A stretch of 63,994 bases of DNA, the filler included, from Catajapyx aquilonaris (taxonomy: Eukaryota): NCBI GenBank assembly GCA_000934665.2. It is 3 parts of 3 records of this genome, joined end to end, with 100 filler letters (N's around TTAATTAATTAA, not from the genome) between each part and the next. Parts side by side here need not be neighbours in the genome. Positions count along the whole stretch, not along the records: positions 1 to 21,506 come from KZ539469.1; 2 more parts are not named here. One strand, given 5' to 3'. Shown piece after piece: positions 1 to 13,103 of the stretch. The position numbers and the translations under genes were made by a program. How positions within the stretch are numbered: the first letter of the stretch is position 1; every line of letters starts with the position of its first letter. The notes under the pieces are model-generated. The model was not told where the DNA came from and did no database searches. It was given only the letters and a program-made list of their open reading frames with translations.

Positions 1-97
1 AGTGGCCACGCCCGCAAAATGAAAAGGAGCGGCCCACCTAGGTCCGTCTTCATGTCTCAGGTAGTGTACGCTTGTCCTTTGTGTTTAATTCACTTAA
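1..97. repeat. Inverted copy of the internal segment 892-988 of the adjacent element (piece of a second, opposite-orientation copy)
   Basis: 1-97 is the reverse complement of ~892-988. Confidence 0.8.
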
Positions 98-174
98 TAA
101 TAATTATAGTTATTATAGTTATTGTTTTAGTATATCTAGAAATATAGTTCCCCAAATAAATTTGGTCCGCTACT

Positions 175-1453
175 GGGCAATTCCACGTGAACGTGATCAC
201 CTTTCGCACGAAAAAATTTGACTGTCGATAAGTGTCAAAGTGTGAGATATGTTTAGGTCCAGGTTAGAACCTTTCGCATAAGGATTTGGTCCGCTGATGC
301 GTGGTTGCCTCTCTACAGGCACAAATTGTACTTTGATCACATTTACACGACAATGTAAATGCGTGATGTGATACAAGTTTCACGTGTGAAATTGTCTCCT
401 CTTTTCGACAAAAATGCTAACTTCCTGACAGATGTGCAAATTCATGGCAAAAATAGATAATTTTGCAAACAAATGAAATTTTTGAAAAGAGAGCCAAAGT
501 TAAATGCCATCAGTCATCACATTGATATCAAAAAATCCCTCATAGTGTCCTCTATCAGCCATACAAACGGAATTTTGGCATACGCAAGGGTTACGGAGCT
601 ATAATCACTGACGTGGAGGGGTGCAGGAGTGCAATATATTCCATTATAGTGAAAGCAAGGGGCCCGTATGAAGCCGCAAGGAATTCCGTACAGGTCTCAA
701 CAGTGAACATTCATTTGGACTGTGACTAGGAACGAATAGAGGAATGAACATAAAAATAAAAAGTAGGCCACATGTTTCTATATTCTAAATAATCAAGCAT
801 ATTTTAACACACACTTGAACTTTGTTGAACATGACAAGGGAATTTTCATTTATTCTTACTATTCTATGGTAAATTTTTCGGAACTATTTTCTTAAGTGAA
901 TTAAACACAAAGGACAAGCGTACACTACCTGAGACATGAAGACGGACCTAGGTGGGCCGCTCCTTTTCATTTTGCGGGCGTGGCCACTAGCGCAGCGCTC
1001 CACGTCAGTACCTGTAGCTCCGTAAACATTTCGTATTCCAAAATTCCGTTTGTACCACTGATAGAGGACACTGCGAGGTGTATTTTGATATCAATGTGAT
1101 GACATTTGATTTTGGCACTTTTTTGAAAATGTCATTTGTTTTCAAAAATGTCGATTTGTGACATGAATTTGTACAGCTATCGGAAAGTGACTATTTTTGT
1201 CGGAAAGAGGAGAAAATTTCACACATGAAACATGTATTACATCATGCATTTACGTTGTCATGTAAATGTAATAGGGGCGCGCCTCTAACTGTGATCCAAG
1301 TGCAATTAGCGCCTGTAGATAGGCAACCACGCATCAGCGGACCAAATCATTGTGGGAAAGGTCATAACTTGACATGGACTCAAACATATCTCACACTCAT
1401 CGACGGGCAAATTTTTTCGTGCAAAAGGTGATCACGTTCACGGGGAATTGCCC
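175..1453. mobile_element. Non-autonomous DNA transposon with ~440-nt imperfect TIRs, Sola2-like
   Basis: Termini GGGCAATTCC...GGAATTGCCC; arms ~175-618 and ~998-1453; flanks TACT/TACA (4-bp TSD, one mismatch). Same terminal motif as 54469-55608. Confidence 0.75.
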
Positions 1454-1489
1454 TACATGAAGCTTGTGCGTCATTTACCGACCACTCTG
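1454..1489. mobile_element. Isolated right terminus of the Tc1/mariner-type MITE family seen at 2127-2652
   Basis: TGAAGCTTGTGCGTCATTTACCGACCACTCTG|TA matches that family's TIR. Confidence 0.65.
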
Positions 1490-1521
1490 TATATACATCA
1501 ACTACTTGCTGATATCCTCAC

Positions 1522-4500
1522 CTGGAATTTTGGTCTTCGCTGCAGGAAGGTCCACACGGAAATTAAATTTATGTGCAACTTCCTCTTCTACAAAACATTT
1601 GACAGCAGCCACCCGAAATGCCTTCTGCAACTCTGTAAAGATTGATCAACTCATTAGGTTTCTTTTTTAAAATTGCAGCACAAAAGCAGCATTGGGTATG
1701 TTGTGCCAAAACAAAAGTTAAAATCCAAACACCCTAAAACAGGGATATTCAACTGGCGGACCGCGACACAATTTTGTCCGGACCGCGACAATATACAGGA
1801 CAGTTTGAAATAGCATGATAAATTACTAATTCATGATTTTTTTGGGGGGGGGAAAAAGTGCTACCAATTTCATCAAATACACACCTATTCAAATCTCCCA
1901 CATCTCACCTAAGCTCGTGTGACCTTGAACCCCGCCCTTTATGGCTTGTTCACCTTGTGCTTACGAAATGGGCCCCCCTCCAAAATTCTTCTGCCTACGC
2001 CTCTGTACAGGACATCATAAAGGGCGAAAATGTCTTAATATCCCCTGTCTTGATAGGCCCTTCTACCCTTGCTGCACATGTTTATATTTTCGAATATGAA
2101 CCCTGTGGTACCATATCAAACCTATACAGGGTGGTCGGTAAATGGCGGACAAGCTTCAGGTAGCGAGATTCCTTGTGAAAAACCAGTATATGGAGGTGAA
2201 GGTCATATTGCTCAACGAGGCCTCCAAAGTTTGGGACAAATCATGACGTCACATCCGCCCGCGAAATTCAAACACTTCCGTATCGCTACTGTCTGTGGTT
2301 CGTTGCCAGGGGTTGCCATGTTGACATCCCCCACATGTTCACCAAACAATGGAACCGTATAAACTGGCTGGGACATTGCCAGGCATTGCCGTACCGTCGT
2401 CGCCGAGTTCCTGGCAACGTCCCGGTGAGTTTATACGGTTCCATTGTTTGGTGAACATGTGGTAGATGTCAACATGGCAACGCATAGCAACACGCTGGCG
2501 ATACGGTAGTGTTTGAATTTCGCGGGCGGATGTGCCGTCATGATTTGGCCCAAACTTTGGAGGCCTCGTAGAGCAATATGACCTTCACTTCCATATACTG
2601 GTTTTTCACAAGGAATCTCGCTACCTGAAGCTTGTCCGCCATTTACCGACCAATCGCGTGGGGTNNNGGGTCCGGACCTTCAATGGCCCAGGAAAGGTAA
2701 ATACTGGACTAGTTGAATACCACTGCCCTAAAATTATCTAAAGATGTGTGGTTACTGTTGAATCTCAGCATCTGTGGCCTGCCAAGCACATTCCAGCGAT
2801 TGGCCAAGCCACAATAACGTTCGTTGGCCTGCGGAGCAGAAAGACAGACAATATTGTTGTGTGGATACACAACCCACTATAAGTGCTCAGCTCGCAACAC
2901 TCGCAACTAACTAAAATCATCGGGCAATGCGACGGACCGTGCCCAGCAGGGCCACAACCAAGGACCGTCATGGCGCAGTCAGCCCAAAGCCCCACAGCCA
3001 CACGAACACAAAGAGCTCCATCCATCTCACCATCACCTCCACATCCAAAGGTATATGAATAAGCAGTAACGACTAGAACTAGCTGTGGCTGTTTTAAACG
3101 ACCAGACCTAGGTGTGGTCGGATTTTTTGCTCCGTGAGCGTTTTCGGGTTTGAGCCTCACAAATATATTTACATCAGGGCCTGGTGAGTCTCACAGAAGA
3201 AATACAGTGTAAACTTGCCCAAGTGAATAACTCACATGTAAATTAAGACAGACAAATTAGCAATGCTGTTTATGTAAAACTCATTCGTGTAAAATTGTTG
3301 CTGTGAAGAGGTGAAGAGGTGAAGGGACAGCTTTAGGCTGCATGAAACCAGTTCAAAGCAGGCAAACAGAGAGGCAAACAGGCATGATTAATGACTACGT
3401 GACAGAGTTGCCAAATATAAAAGTTGGATTTCACTAGGCAGCAGGGCCTACAAATACACAATCCTTGTTTCAAAAAATATTTTAACCCGCTTGGCCAGTG
3501 GGGCAAGTTGAATCATTTCACTTGATGGCCTAAGTGTGCTTTAATAAAATTAGTGAATGAATTGAAGGTTATGGAAGTGGTGTAGAAACAAAGTAAAGGG
3601 TGCATAACTTCAAGAAGAGTAATCATTTGAGGGCCAAAATGAAAATTCCACTTGGAAAAAATTACGCAAAAAGTGACTCAAGTTGCCCTACTCTGTCTTC
3701 TATTTACAAAGAAATTGATAACAATTCCTTACTTTCTTGGGTGGTTCCTGTAGGTGCTCTATTGAAGCGATGGCCAGTAGAAGTCAAAAAGTAAGCAAAT
3801 AATTCCCCCTTTCCTAAGAGGAAGATATCCCTCAGGCGCTTCAGCTCATCCATTAGTTTTGCTTCTTCAAACACTAGTTTGTACAACCGCTGCAGATTTA
3901 AACAATCATCAGTCACACTAACTTGATGAACAATAAAACACGTACCGTATTTACACGCATATAAGACATACCTTTTTTCCGATTTTTGTAGCTCAAAAAG
4001 TAGGGTGCGTCTTATACGCGTGTGCGTCTTATACGGCAGGGCACAACGGGTGAAACCCGTGAGAAATCGTCCACACACGTGCACAATTCCGGTGTGACCT
4101 TGCCACCTATACCTTTCAGATGCGTAGCATTGTCCCATTTTCCACTTGCCCTCCCTTTGTACTGGATTCTAATGGATTCCACACGCACATGCATTGTACA
4201 TGCATTGCACATGAGGTTGATGCCGGCAGCTCGAGGCCAGTTCCCAAACTACGGCAATAAATCTGGGTGCGTCTTATATAAGTCAACAACCGATTTTCCA
4301 CGATTTTTCGCCTCAAAACCGGGGTGCGTCTTATACGCATGTGAGTCTTATATGCGCGTAAATAACGGTAATTAAAATGAGTTACCCAATTATCCCTTTC
4401 AAAGATAATTTTTACAAGTTAAGTCACACATCCTTCAGCCCTTTACAAGGCAGGATTTGGTTGAGAACAAAATATTGTAGCTTAGTTCTATTGCAGCTAT

Positions 4501-7500
4501 CATTGTGATCACTACATATCGTCGCTGTTCTGACAAAACCTCGTAAGCGCCACCAGGCGTCGATTACGTTTTATTGCACATTCGAGAACAATCTGGCACC
4601 CTTTACGTCTGGCGAAAACCTCGGAACCGTTGGCCCCATGGAAAAGCTCCATGCAGTCACATGACCACTCCATGCAGTCACATGACCAAAACACGTATCC
4701 GGTTAGAAGCCTTTCTGTGCGCAAAACCCAAGGCAAAACCACTTAAGAAACAGTTCCGCCATGACAGCTGAGCACGTGGTAGGACCCCTGCATCAATCTT
4801 GGAGTGCAAGCTAGGAATAATGACTCATAATTTTATTACGACTCATGCCTTCGGAAAATGGTTTTTTGTGTCTCCTGTGAAATTTTCTTTTTGTCGCTTA
4901 CGAGGTTTTGTCAGAACAGCGACGATATAGGAATTGCTTTCCTTTTTTCCCAGACTCTCAATGTATCACAAAATGTACAAAATGTACCTAAAAAAAGTTT
5001 CCCATATTTCAGTGTCTCTCCACAATTACACAAATGTCACATTATTTTTACATGCAGCAGAAAAAAACTAACTCAAAAAAGATGAAAAACTTTGCTACCA
5101 ACATCATAAAGGCAACAAAGAATTTCAAAGATGTACACACTAGAGCTCCCAATATAAGTCCAGTGATGTTAGTATAGTCTGTGCCAAAACATATGGGACC
5201 TCCCTAGTTTTCCTGAAACCTGAAAATTAAGAAATTCACCCAGACCTCACCCCAAAATCCTGCCACCCTTGGACACCCTCAAATTTTCACAGTGACTGAA
5301 GCTGTCCAAACTATTGCAGGTGTATTGGGGGTGGAGGTATGGGACAAATTTATCAGGCTTGGGGTAAAGCAGGAAGGGTTCTGTACATTTTGACACATAG
5401 ACTAAACCATACTAAGGCTTCTAGTAGTATTCTTTGGATAGATTCTATAGCTGTAAAATTTATACACAATTTTTATCTGCCACTAAAATATAAAATGTGG
5501 CACAAGTAAAGAAAATCCTGATTAATGCACTCTTTTGATGAAATAAATTTGAAGTCCCTAGCTTCCACAAATGTACAATATTTTGTGCATTGGGAAAAAG
5601 TGCACATCCCTCTGAAAAATAGATTACTTACAACAGGAGCTAGGGGGTTAAATGAAAATAAGGCTTTCTTGAATTTCACTATAGCGTGTGCACTACAGCT
5701 CATTGCTGCAGTTGTTCCTTACCTCAGATACACATTCTCTCATATCACGAATGATTTGCTCCAACTCTTGCACATTAAGCACTTGGTTGTCCTGCAAGGC
5801 ACGCAGCTTTAGGGTAAATTCTTCTTCTCGACCTTCAAAGATCACACCTACAAAAAAAATAATTATGGCTTAAATCAGCAAATAATAATTGTTATTTATC
5901 AAAAAAAGGTAATACAACACATGAGGCCCCTTCTTCCAAAACCTGACAAATCCAATTTCCAAAAAAAATGAGTTACGGGTGGAAATATGTTCTTCGAGAT
6001 GTGTTTCATCAAGTGACGACAGAATATTCAGCAAACATCGACAAATGCGGCTGTAATGGCCCTAAGAAAAGTGGCCGATCATGCAAAACCCGACAAATGC
6101 AGGCAGGAAGTGAATAGCTGATTTTCTAAAGGGCGTAAGTCCCTGCGTACATGTTTTGCGTAAAAAAACAAAATTCCGTCAAAGCTAAAGATCTGCGTTG
6201 GGAAGCAATTTAGATGAAGTTACTAACAGTTAATCACTACTAAATATGTATGGTAGCACATGTTAGGTATGCATAGTTCTACATGTTATGAGAATTTTGT
6301 AAAGAAAACTTGGACTATTTTTCCAGAGGTATTGAAATGACAATTATGAGATATGAGAAGTGCATTGATGTACAAGGAGACTATATTGAAAGATGACACT
6401 GTTGTTTTATTTCCATCACCCCGGGAACATAGCCAGAATGGAAACTTTTGGCTCCTACCTCGTATTGTACATCTACATGAGAGGGGCGTTTATTAGTGTG
6501 CTGTCATACATATCCCACCTGACACCTCCTTCCTCAGTTCCAGGCAGATCCCAGAAGGCAATCAGCTTCTCTCCTGCCCAGTGATCAGTATACGAGGGGT
6601 GTTCAAAAAAGACCAAATCTTTTCTATACAGACTCTATTGCTCAATTTGCAACATTTTAAGCACTGCCCCCTTCAAAGTAGTTACCTCTACTGGTGATAG
6701 ACAGTTTTTAATTTTTTTCTTCCATTGTTGAAATGCTTCCTGGAATGCACTTTCTGTGATGGTGAGCAGCGCTCTCGTCACATTGTCCTAAATCGCCTCT
6801 ATGGTTCGGAAATGATGTCATTTCAAATTGATTTTAAGTTTTGAATATAGCAAAAAGTCTGCTATGGCTAAGTCCGGAGAATAGGGTAGATTGGCACAAC
6901 GGATGTCTGATGTTTTGCCAGATAACAGATGACGAGGAGCGATGTGTGAGCCGGAGCATTGCCATGGCGCAATATCCAAGTCTACCGAAGCAGGTTGGTG
7001 TAGGGGATAAGGAGCCCGCCTGCTAATCGGGAGGTCCTGGGTTCGAATCCTGGGGCCCGTGACCCTGACCATGGTTTTCTGTGGTTTTCCATGGTCCCCT
7101 CCAGGACAATATTCCAAGGTCGTTTCCGTAAAAATAGGCCACAGCCGCTTCCTTCCTTCCCTATCCCCGGCCCCATCCAATGGTGGTAATCCACCCCCCT
7201 AAGGGAGCCAAAGGCTCTAGCACGGGGTATGATAAATATAAATAAAAAAAAATACTGCCATCTCGTGGCACAGTTTTACCCTACTAAAGGGGTTACCGTA
7301 TTACCTCTCATATTGCGGCACGCCGGTATAACCCGGGAGTGGCCGGCATGCTGCAATAACCAAGGTAGATTTCCGTAATTTTGATCCTTGCCAAATTTTT
7401 TGGAATGCATCTGGTACCATACTAAAATAATGTGACAATGAAAATGGGCGAGTGTACAAGCTGTAAGAATATGCAACTACTGTTGCACAGTGCATATACA

Positions 7501-10500
7501 AAATGTATATTGTGTGACCAATCCCATCGTCAGCCTGCTTTGACAGGGGAACCCCCTGCTCCAACATACTGTTTAAATAGAGATTATTGCCAGAAAATGT
7601 GCCTTTTTGATAGCCTTTACGTGAATTTTGCTTTTCAGGTAAATGTCAAGTTCAGAAAGGATAATGTAACTTATGTGAAAACCACCTCGCCTTATATTAC
7701 CAGCATACCTCCCCTTATACCGGCATGCCGGTATAGCCACCAGATCAAGCATTTTTTTAAACTGGTCAACCTTGCCTACACTGGTATGCCGCAATATGAG
7801 AGGTAATGACAAATGTTCATAGCGGAACGTGGCAAATGGCAATTTGTTGTCAAGACATGTCGCTAGGTGCTGTCAGTAGCAGCAGTGGGCTCTTGTGCCA
7901 GTTGACGCACTATTTTAAAAAGTTTGGTATTTTTTTGAACACCCCTCATATGAACACAACTCAAGAGTGCTTATATTTGAAGGCAATTGGGGAACAGCTT
8001 TTGGAAGGAAAGGGAAGAGGGAGCCCAGCAGGAGGAAGCAGGAGGAAGGAGGAGGGGGGGGGGGGGATCATTCACAAACATTTGCACACAGGTATGTTGT
8101 GTGGTCACACTCACCAGGGTTCTTGTTCTCTTCATCAAAAAGAAGGACAGATTCTCCTACGAACAGAATTGTGCTTGGAATCCATTCTGGAAGAAAATTT
8201 GGAAGCAGTGCTGGGCATAAGTTGTACTTCTCAGTCTCTGCTTCATCATTTTCACTTGTTTCAGACTCCAAGCTCAATAGTGATTGGGTTCGGATTGGTC
8301 GCCTAGGAGTTGAAAATTCTTCGTCCAATATTCCAACAGGCTGCACCATAAACTCCCTGTGATGGTCTAGCAGAATCCCATAAAGAACCCAGCTCATCAC
8401 CTGGTCCAAAAATATTCGATTGCACTCATGTTGAATCCTAGAACAGAGTAGCAGCAAAATGTCAAAGTTTCAACTCCAAATGGATAACTTCAAATGCTTT
8501 TTAAAAGTGTCATGCACAAAATATTTCAAAATAATTGCATAAAAGTACACAATACAAAAACAATATAATCATCATCTTCATCATTGTTATATTTCCATTT
8601 TCATGAGTAATTAATTATATAAAAATAAGGGAGTAGTGACTAGGATCTGTTGCAAGATAGCTTTTGTTGCGTACTAACAAGCTAACTTGCAGTTTTAGTT
8701 GTTCCAAAAAATCCCAGATGAAAACGTGAATATACAGTATGCATTGAGTTGTGCAATAGCGGGTTTGTAAGCAACTTTTGTATACTTTAAATAGCTTAAA
8801 AGGAACTAGGAACCATCAGAAATCGTTACTTAAATTTTTATGGGAATGGTATATGATGCTTAATTTTTCCAGTTCAATATCTTTCATTCATGATTAACAC
8901 TGTTGGTTGAGGAGTTTTATATTCCTTCAATGAGGCTGTAAAATGCATCATGGGTAATATTCAAGCATCAATTACATTAAACTTCAGCTTTAGTGAACAA
9001 CACACGACAACACACAACTCTAAAAACTAGGAGTCATCTATCATTGTCACAAGAATATAAATAGGCCTACTATAAAATCTGTACATAGCAGAATTGTTTC
9101 ATGCCATAGAAATTTTCCATAATAGACAAGTGTCATGTCAGGCCATACCTGACATACCCGTACACTCATACGCAGTTATCTCTCATTACATAATTTAAAT
9201 AATCTGACATGGGAAGATCAGGGATGGAAAAAGAACCGAAGAAGCGGTTCTTTTTCCATATGCCCTTATGGAAAAAGAACCGCTTCTTCGGTTCTTTTTC
9301 CATCCCTGGGGAAGATGCAATGTGGCAGGAAACCAATATGACCAGGTTTCCTGGTGCCAAAAAGGCCATTAAAAGAGTCGTTAGTGCCTGGGCTAGGCAA
9401 AGCATACTCGGAGTGAGCAGCATCAATGTAATATGTAGCACCTTGCAAAATGAAAGGTCACGTCAATAGTGCTGGGGAAATCCAGATAATGGGAATTTAT
9501 ATATCACCAAAGAGATGCTCACATGGGCCTAACCCCACCCAAACCGGACAATATAAAAGCCAGCCCGGATTTTAAAAAGGAGCAGATAGACAGATAGAGC
9601 AGACCTCACCGAGACATCTTAGACCCACCTATCGAAGGTAAGCCCCATTATGTTGGAAAACAATATCATTAGCATACTGTAGAAAATGTATGTCCCTTGT
9701 GTTCGGCCCTAAATTTACTCCTGGAATTCCCTCTTTCTCAAAAATATCTTTCAGGTCAGCCATGAAAAGATTGGAAAGAACTGGGCTTAGATTCTCTTTG
9801 TAATACACCAATTTTAATAGGAATTGGCTTGTGGTAGTTTTTCACTAAAATAGCTGCTTGTCCATATAATGATTTAACTAATTTCAAAAATTTATTATTT
9901 CCAATTCCAAGCATATTTAGTTTTTTAAATAGTAAGAAGTGGTTCACGGAATCAAAAGCTTTTGAGAGATCTAAAAATAAGGTATAGAGTTTTCCAGATT
10001 TTTTTGATGTATACTTTTGAGCAAGAATTGTTAAAGTAAAGGTCAAATCACTGTAGCTTTTGGCAGATCTAAAACCAGCTTGCGTTAATGGGAAAATCTT
10101 GTTAATTTCTGTCCACTTCAAAAGATGAGTAACCAAAATAGAAGTAAGCAGTTTCACTATGCAGTTCACCAGTCATATTGGTCTGAATTTTTTTGGGACT
10201 AGTGGATCTCCCTTCTTGTATATCAGCATTACCTTGAGCCTAGTCCATTCAGCAGGGAGTACACCAGAGTTTAGTAGATTATTGAAGGTTCTCAGTAAAA
10301 CTGTTTTCATGCATCCTAATTTCAGTATTTCATTGGGTATTAAATCTGGACCAGGAGATTGATTTATCTTCAACCTTGTCATTTTTTAATGGAATGCTTC
10401 TAGTACCATACTGAAATTATGTTAAGATGATAATGGGCGAGTGTCCAGGCTGTGAGAATATGCAAGTTCTGTTACACAGTGCATATAAAAAATGTAGAGA

Positions 10501-13103
10501 GTGTGACCAATCCCATGGTCAGCCTGCTTTTAAATAGAGATTATTGCCAGACATTGCAAGTGAAAACAATATATTCGGAAAATGTGCCTTTTCGATAACC
10601 TTTATGTGAACTTCGATTTTCAGGCATATGTCAAGTTCGGAAAGGATAAGGGGGGTGAACACTGGCTGACGGTAGCATACGAAACGAATGAAACTGTATA
10701 GTGGACCAATCAGAGCCCACTTGCGGGTGACGGGAATTACGAAACGGAAAATACGAAAAGAATCAACTTTTTATGGTAGTTCGGTCCATTGCTTTCGTAT
10801 CCACCAATGGGGAGGCAGGAAAGCCAGCCGGGGTGGTGGCTGGCGAGTGGAGGCAGCGCCGGCACGGCCTCTGGTGGAGGCAAAGGACCCCGCCGCTTTC
10901 CTGCCTCTCCCATTGGTGGAAACAGAAGGGAAGTTTGGTAGTTCCGATTGGTCTGCAGTACCGCTTCATTCGTTTCGAATCTTATCGTCAGATAGTGTGA
11001 ACCCAGCTTTATGTACCTTATGTGAAAACCACGCCTTATACCAGCATACCTCGTTCTATACTGGCATACCTCGTCCTATACCGGCATGCTGGTATAGCCA
11101 CCAGATCGTGCATTTCTAAAAACGGCTCGACCTCGGCTACACCGGCATGCCACTTTATGTGAGGTAATAAGGTATTCGTAACTGCTTAAAAACAAGCAGC
11201 CTTGTGCGAAAAAATTGCTATTGGAAACAGACATCTCTGTTGGAACACAAGTACAGGATGGTGAACTGCTCAACTCCACAATAATTCAAGGAGGATGTAC
11301 AATAAGGGAAGATGTAATGGAATGCAATCAGTTCAGAAGAAACCAGTTAGAAGAAACTTTCAGGCCACATTCTAATTTCATGTGATTTATGTTGTTCTAT
11401 AAACAGATTGGTGGGATAACCCATTCATCCATTCTTCACCTACTTAAACTTGAGACTTGGGCAGGGCACCACTCCGTATAATAAAATATTGCTGAATAAA
11501 GATAAAAAGGAACCATAATTAGCATACTTTTGAAGGGCATCTTGGACTTCAGGCATCCCACAAGATGACACATGCTGATGTATCACGTTAAGAATGATGC
11601 AACCATGTGCATTTTCCTTCTGAATCTGAAGAAAAATTGTCATGATTACTATTGTCACATGAGCACATGACAATGAGTGACTTCTATGGTCCCTTCACCC
11701 ATGTTTGAGACACCCTTTCAAGTCCATTAGAATTTTGGATGTCTGCCAATTCAATAGGGTGAGAGTGGTATTTCTTAAATAATTGAGAAGGCAAGTAGCG
11801 CAGTCTACCATCAGCTTCAAAATTAGTGATGGGCACATTATGTCAAAGATGAATGTGTTGGTTTATAAGTTGGACCACAGGAAAGACATTCCCAGTTTGC
11901 CAGCCAGGTGTGAACTGCTTTTATTGTAATTGCCTGCATTGTTCTAGCAACCCAATGGTGGTTGACATATGCAACATAACATTATCTATCCCATCCCCTC
12001 CCCTCAACATGGATATGAAATGAATCATAAGTTGTAAACTTACCAAGTTTAATTTTCAAAATAGCGACATAAAATGTCAGTAAAGTGTGCACTGATCCAA
12101 AATATTAATGTTGCCTAAAAACAACAGTCTTTCAAAGCTTAATGTGCAATTACTACTGATTTTAGTCCAAAAACTAGTGCAGCACCTAAAGAATCCAATG
12201 ACCAGTGCAGGAGGAAAATTTTCACGTTGTTCAATTTTAGAGCTCAGATCTTCACAACTCTGTGGTTAAATATGGAAAAAAAAACGGAGTTTCACTTAAT
12301 CCCCTAATCCTCATAGGAAATTGGAATTACTCTGGTATGTTAACTAAAAATTGAAGTCCTCGGGGGAAGAATGATCAAGGTCCACCTCAGGTGAAACGAA
12401 GATATTCAAATTTCAACGGCCCATATGGTTCTATACATACTACTTTCGGGGCCTTCCATACTGGACTATAATCCTTACTCCCCAACCACAACCACACCAT
12501 ATTCTCGGCTAGTGAAACTATCTTCTGAGAAATGTAACTCATTTTTGACAAAAAGTGGACCTTCATCGTTCTTCCCCAAAGGTCTTCAATTATTGTGGTA
12601 GACAGCAAAAATGAAGCTGTAGCTGATTCTTTAGGCTGCTGGCAAGATGTAGGTAGCACCCATGCAACATGATAACCAGCAAACGCCAGTACCAGATTGA
12701 TTAGCTGTACAAGAGCAGCCAAGAGTGGTCGATGGACCGAGACTTGAGCCTGGACATGGGCCAGAGAAAGGCAGGCATCACCCATCAGTTCCCCCTCAAT
12801 CTGCTGCAAAGTGTCCAGGTAAGGTTCCATAACCAGCTTTAGCCCACGGCAGATTGCCTGCATGTACACTCCATTCCCCCTCTTCTTCTGCTGCCTGGCT
12901 ACGGACGGCCCCTGGTGTCGTTCCATGAAGAGGCGAAGGCTTCGCCGCTGTTCTCCCAACTCCAGCAGTCGTGTCAGGAGAGCGACTTCGCTAGGGTGAA
13001 ACTTCTCCTGAAGTTCCGGAAGGAATATGCGTCGTCCATCCTCACCGCGTTCGTCAAGAACTGTCGGGAAGCCGTACAGGCTCAGCAGCAGCTCGTGCAG
13101 CAT
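1522..13103 (-). CDS. TUBGCP4: Gamma-tubulin complex component 4 (GCP4), 5' part; further exons lie left of the window
   Basis: Exons 12693-13103, 11528-11625, 8115-8437, 5723-5847, 3733-3889, 1522-1632; all GT-AG, phases 0/2/1/0/1/1 consistent. Peptides MLHELLLSLYGFP, FHPSE, HGCIIL, WVLYGILLDHHREF, IPSTILFVGESV, LRDIFLLGKGELF match GCP4 as I recall it. Confidence 0.95.
1740..2725. mobile_element. hAT-type non-autonomous element (Charlie-like termini)
   Basis: TIR CAGGGATATTCAACT / AGTTGAATACCACTG; perfect 8-bp TSD CCCTAAAA at 1732-1739 and 2726-2733. Confidence 0.85.
2127..2652. mobile_element. Tc1/mariner-type foldback MITE nested in the hAT element
   Basis: TA|CAGGGTGGTCGGTAAATGG start; ~250-nt arms form a near-complete palindrome; last few nt of the right end missing. 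Confidence 0.85.
3945..4368. mobile_element. pogo/Tc2-type MITE
   Basis: TA|CCGTATTTACACGCATATAAGAC ... GTCTTATATGCGCGTAAATAACGG|TA; repeated internal GGGTGCGTCTTATA motifs. Confidence 0.85.
4520..4924. mobile_element. MITE with ~30-bp TIR and 4-bp ATAT flanks (Sola1-like)
   Basis: ATAT|CGTCGCTGTTCTGACAAAACCTCGTAAGCG ... CGCTTACGAGGTTTTGTCAGAACAGCGACG|ATAT. The TSD is palindromic, so the boundary is ambiguous. Confidence 0.8.
6593..6982 (-). mobile_element. Decayed mariner 3' fragment (transposase C-terminus plus TIR)
   Basis: Minus-strand peptide LPYSPDLAIADFLLYSKLKINLK is the mariner YSPDLAPxD motif; terminus TA|CGAGGGGTGTTCAAAAA. Confidence 0.85.
6984..7252 (+). mobile_element. tRNA-derived SINE, family A copy 1
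   Basis: ACCGAAGCAG start, A-box-like TGGTGTAGGGG, B-box GGTTCGAATCC, body ending GGCCACAGCCGCTTCCTTCC, A-rich tail; homologous to the copies at 14123 and 17602. Confidence 0.9.
7304..7803. mobile_element. MITE with CCTCTCATATTGCGGCA TIRs
   Basis: TA|CCTCTCATATTGCGGCA ... TGCCGCAATATGAGAGG|TA; second partial copy at ~10383-11164. Confidence 0.8.
9219..9308. mobile_element. 90-bp hAT-type micro-MITE
   Basis: 42-bp perfect TIRs starting CAGGGATGGAAA, 6-nt spacer, perfect 8-bp TSD GGGAAGAT (9211-9218, 9309-9316). Confidence 0.9.
9660..10382 (-). mobile_element. Decayed non-LTR retrotransposon (LINE) reverse transcriptase fragment
   Basis: Three broken ORFs with SPGPDLIPNEILK, IYKKGDP..FRPI, QAGFR, FLDLSKAFDSVNH, GVLQ, LSPVL, LQYAND (decayed YADD); stop and frameshift present. 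Confidence 0.92.
10383..11164 (+). mobile_element. Second, left-truncated copy of the 7304-7803 MITE carrying a nested insertion
   Basis: Colinear with ~7396-7803 (GGAATGC.TCT.GTACCATACT..., GTGACCAATCCCAT, GGTATAGCCACCAGATC), ends GTGAGG|TA. Confidence 0.75.
10650..11008. mobile_element. PIF/Harbinger-like MITE nested in the previous element
   Basis: Absent from the 7304 copy; imperfect TIR GGGTGAACACT / AGTGTGAACCC; TAA/TTA flanks. Confidence 0.65.

Noticed and set aside
6984..7060. tRNA genes at the SINE heads (also 14123, 17602, 27232)
   Set aside because: A and B boxes are present but no cloverleaf; they continue into shared repeat bodies, two with TSDs.
9209..9469. ORF with KKRFFF repeats on both strands
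   Set aside because: Translation artefact of the 90-bp palindromic element.
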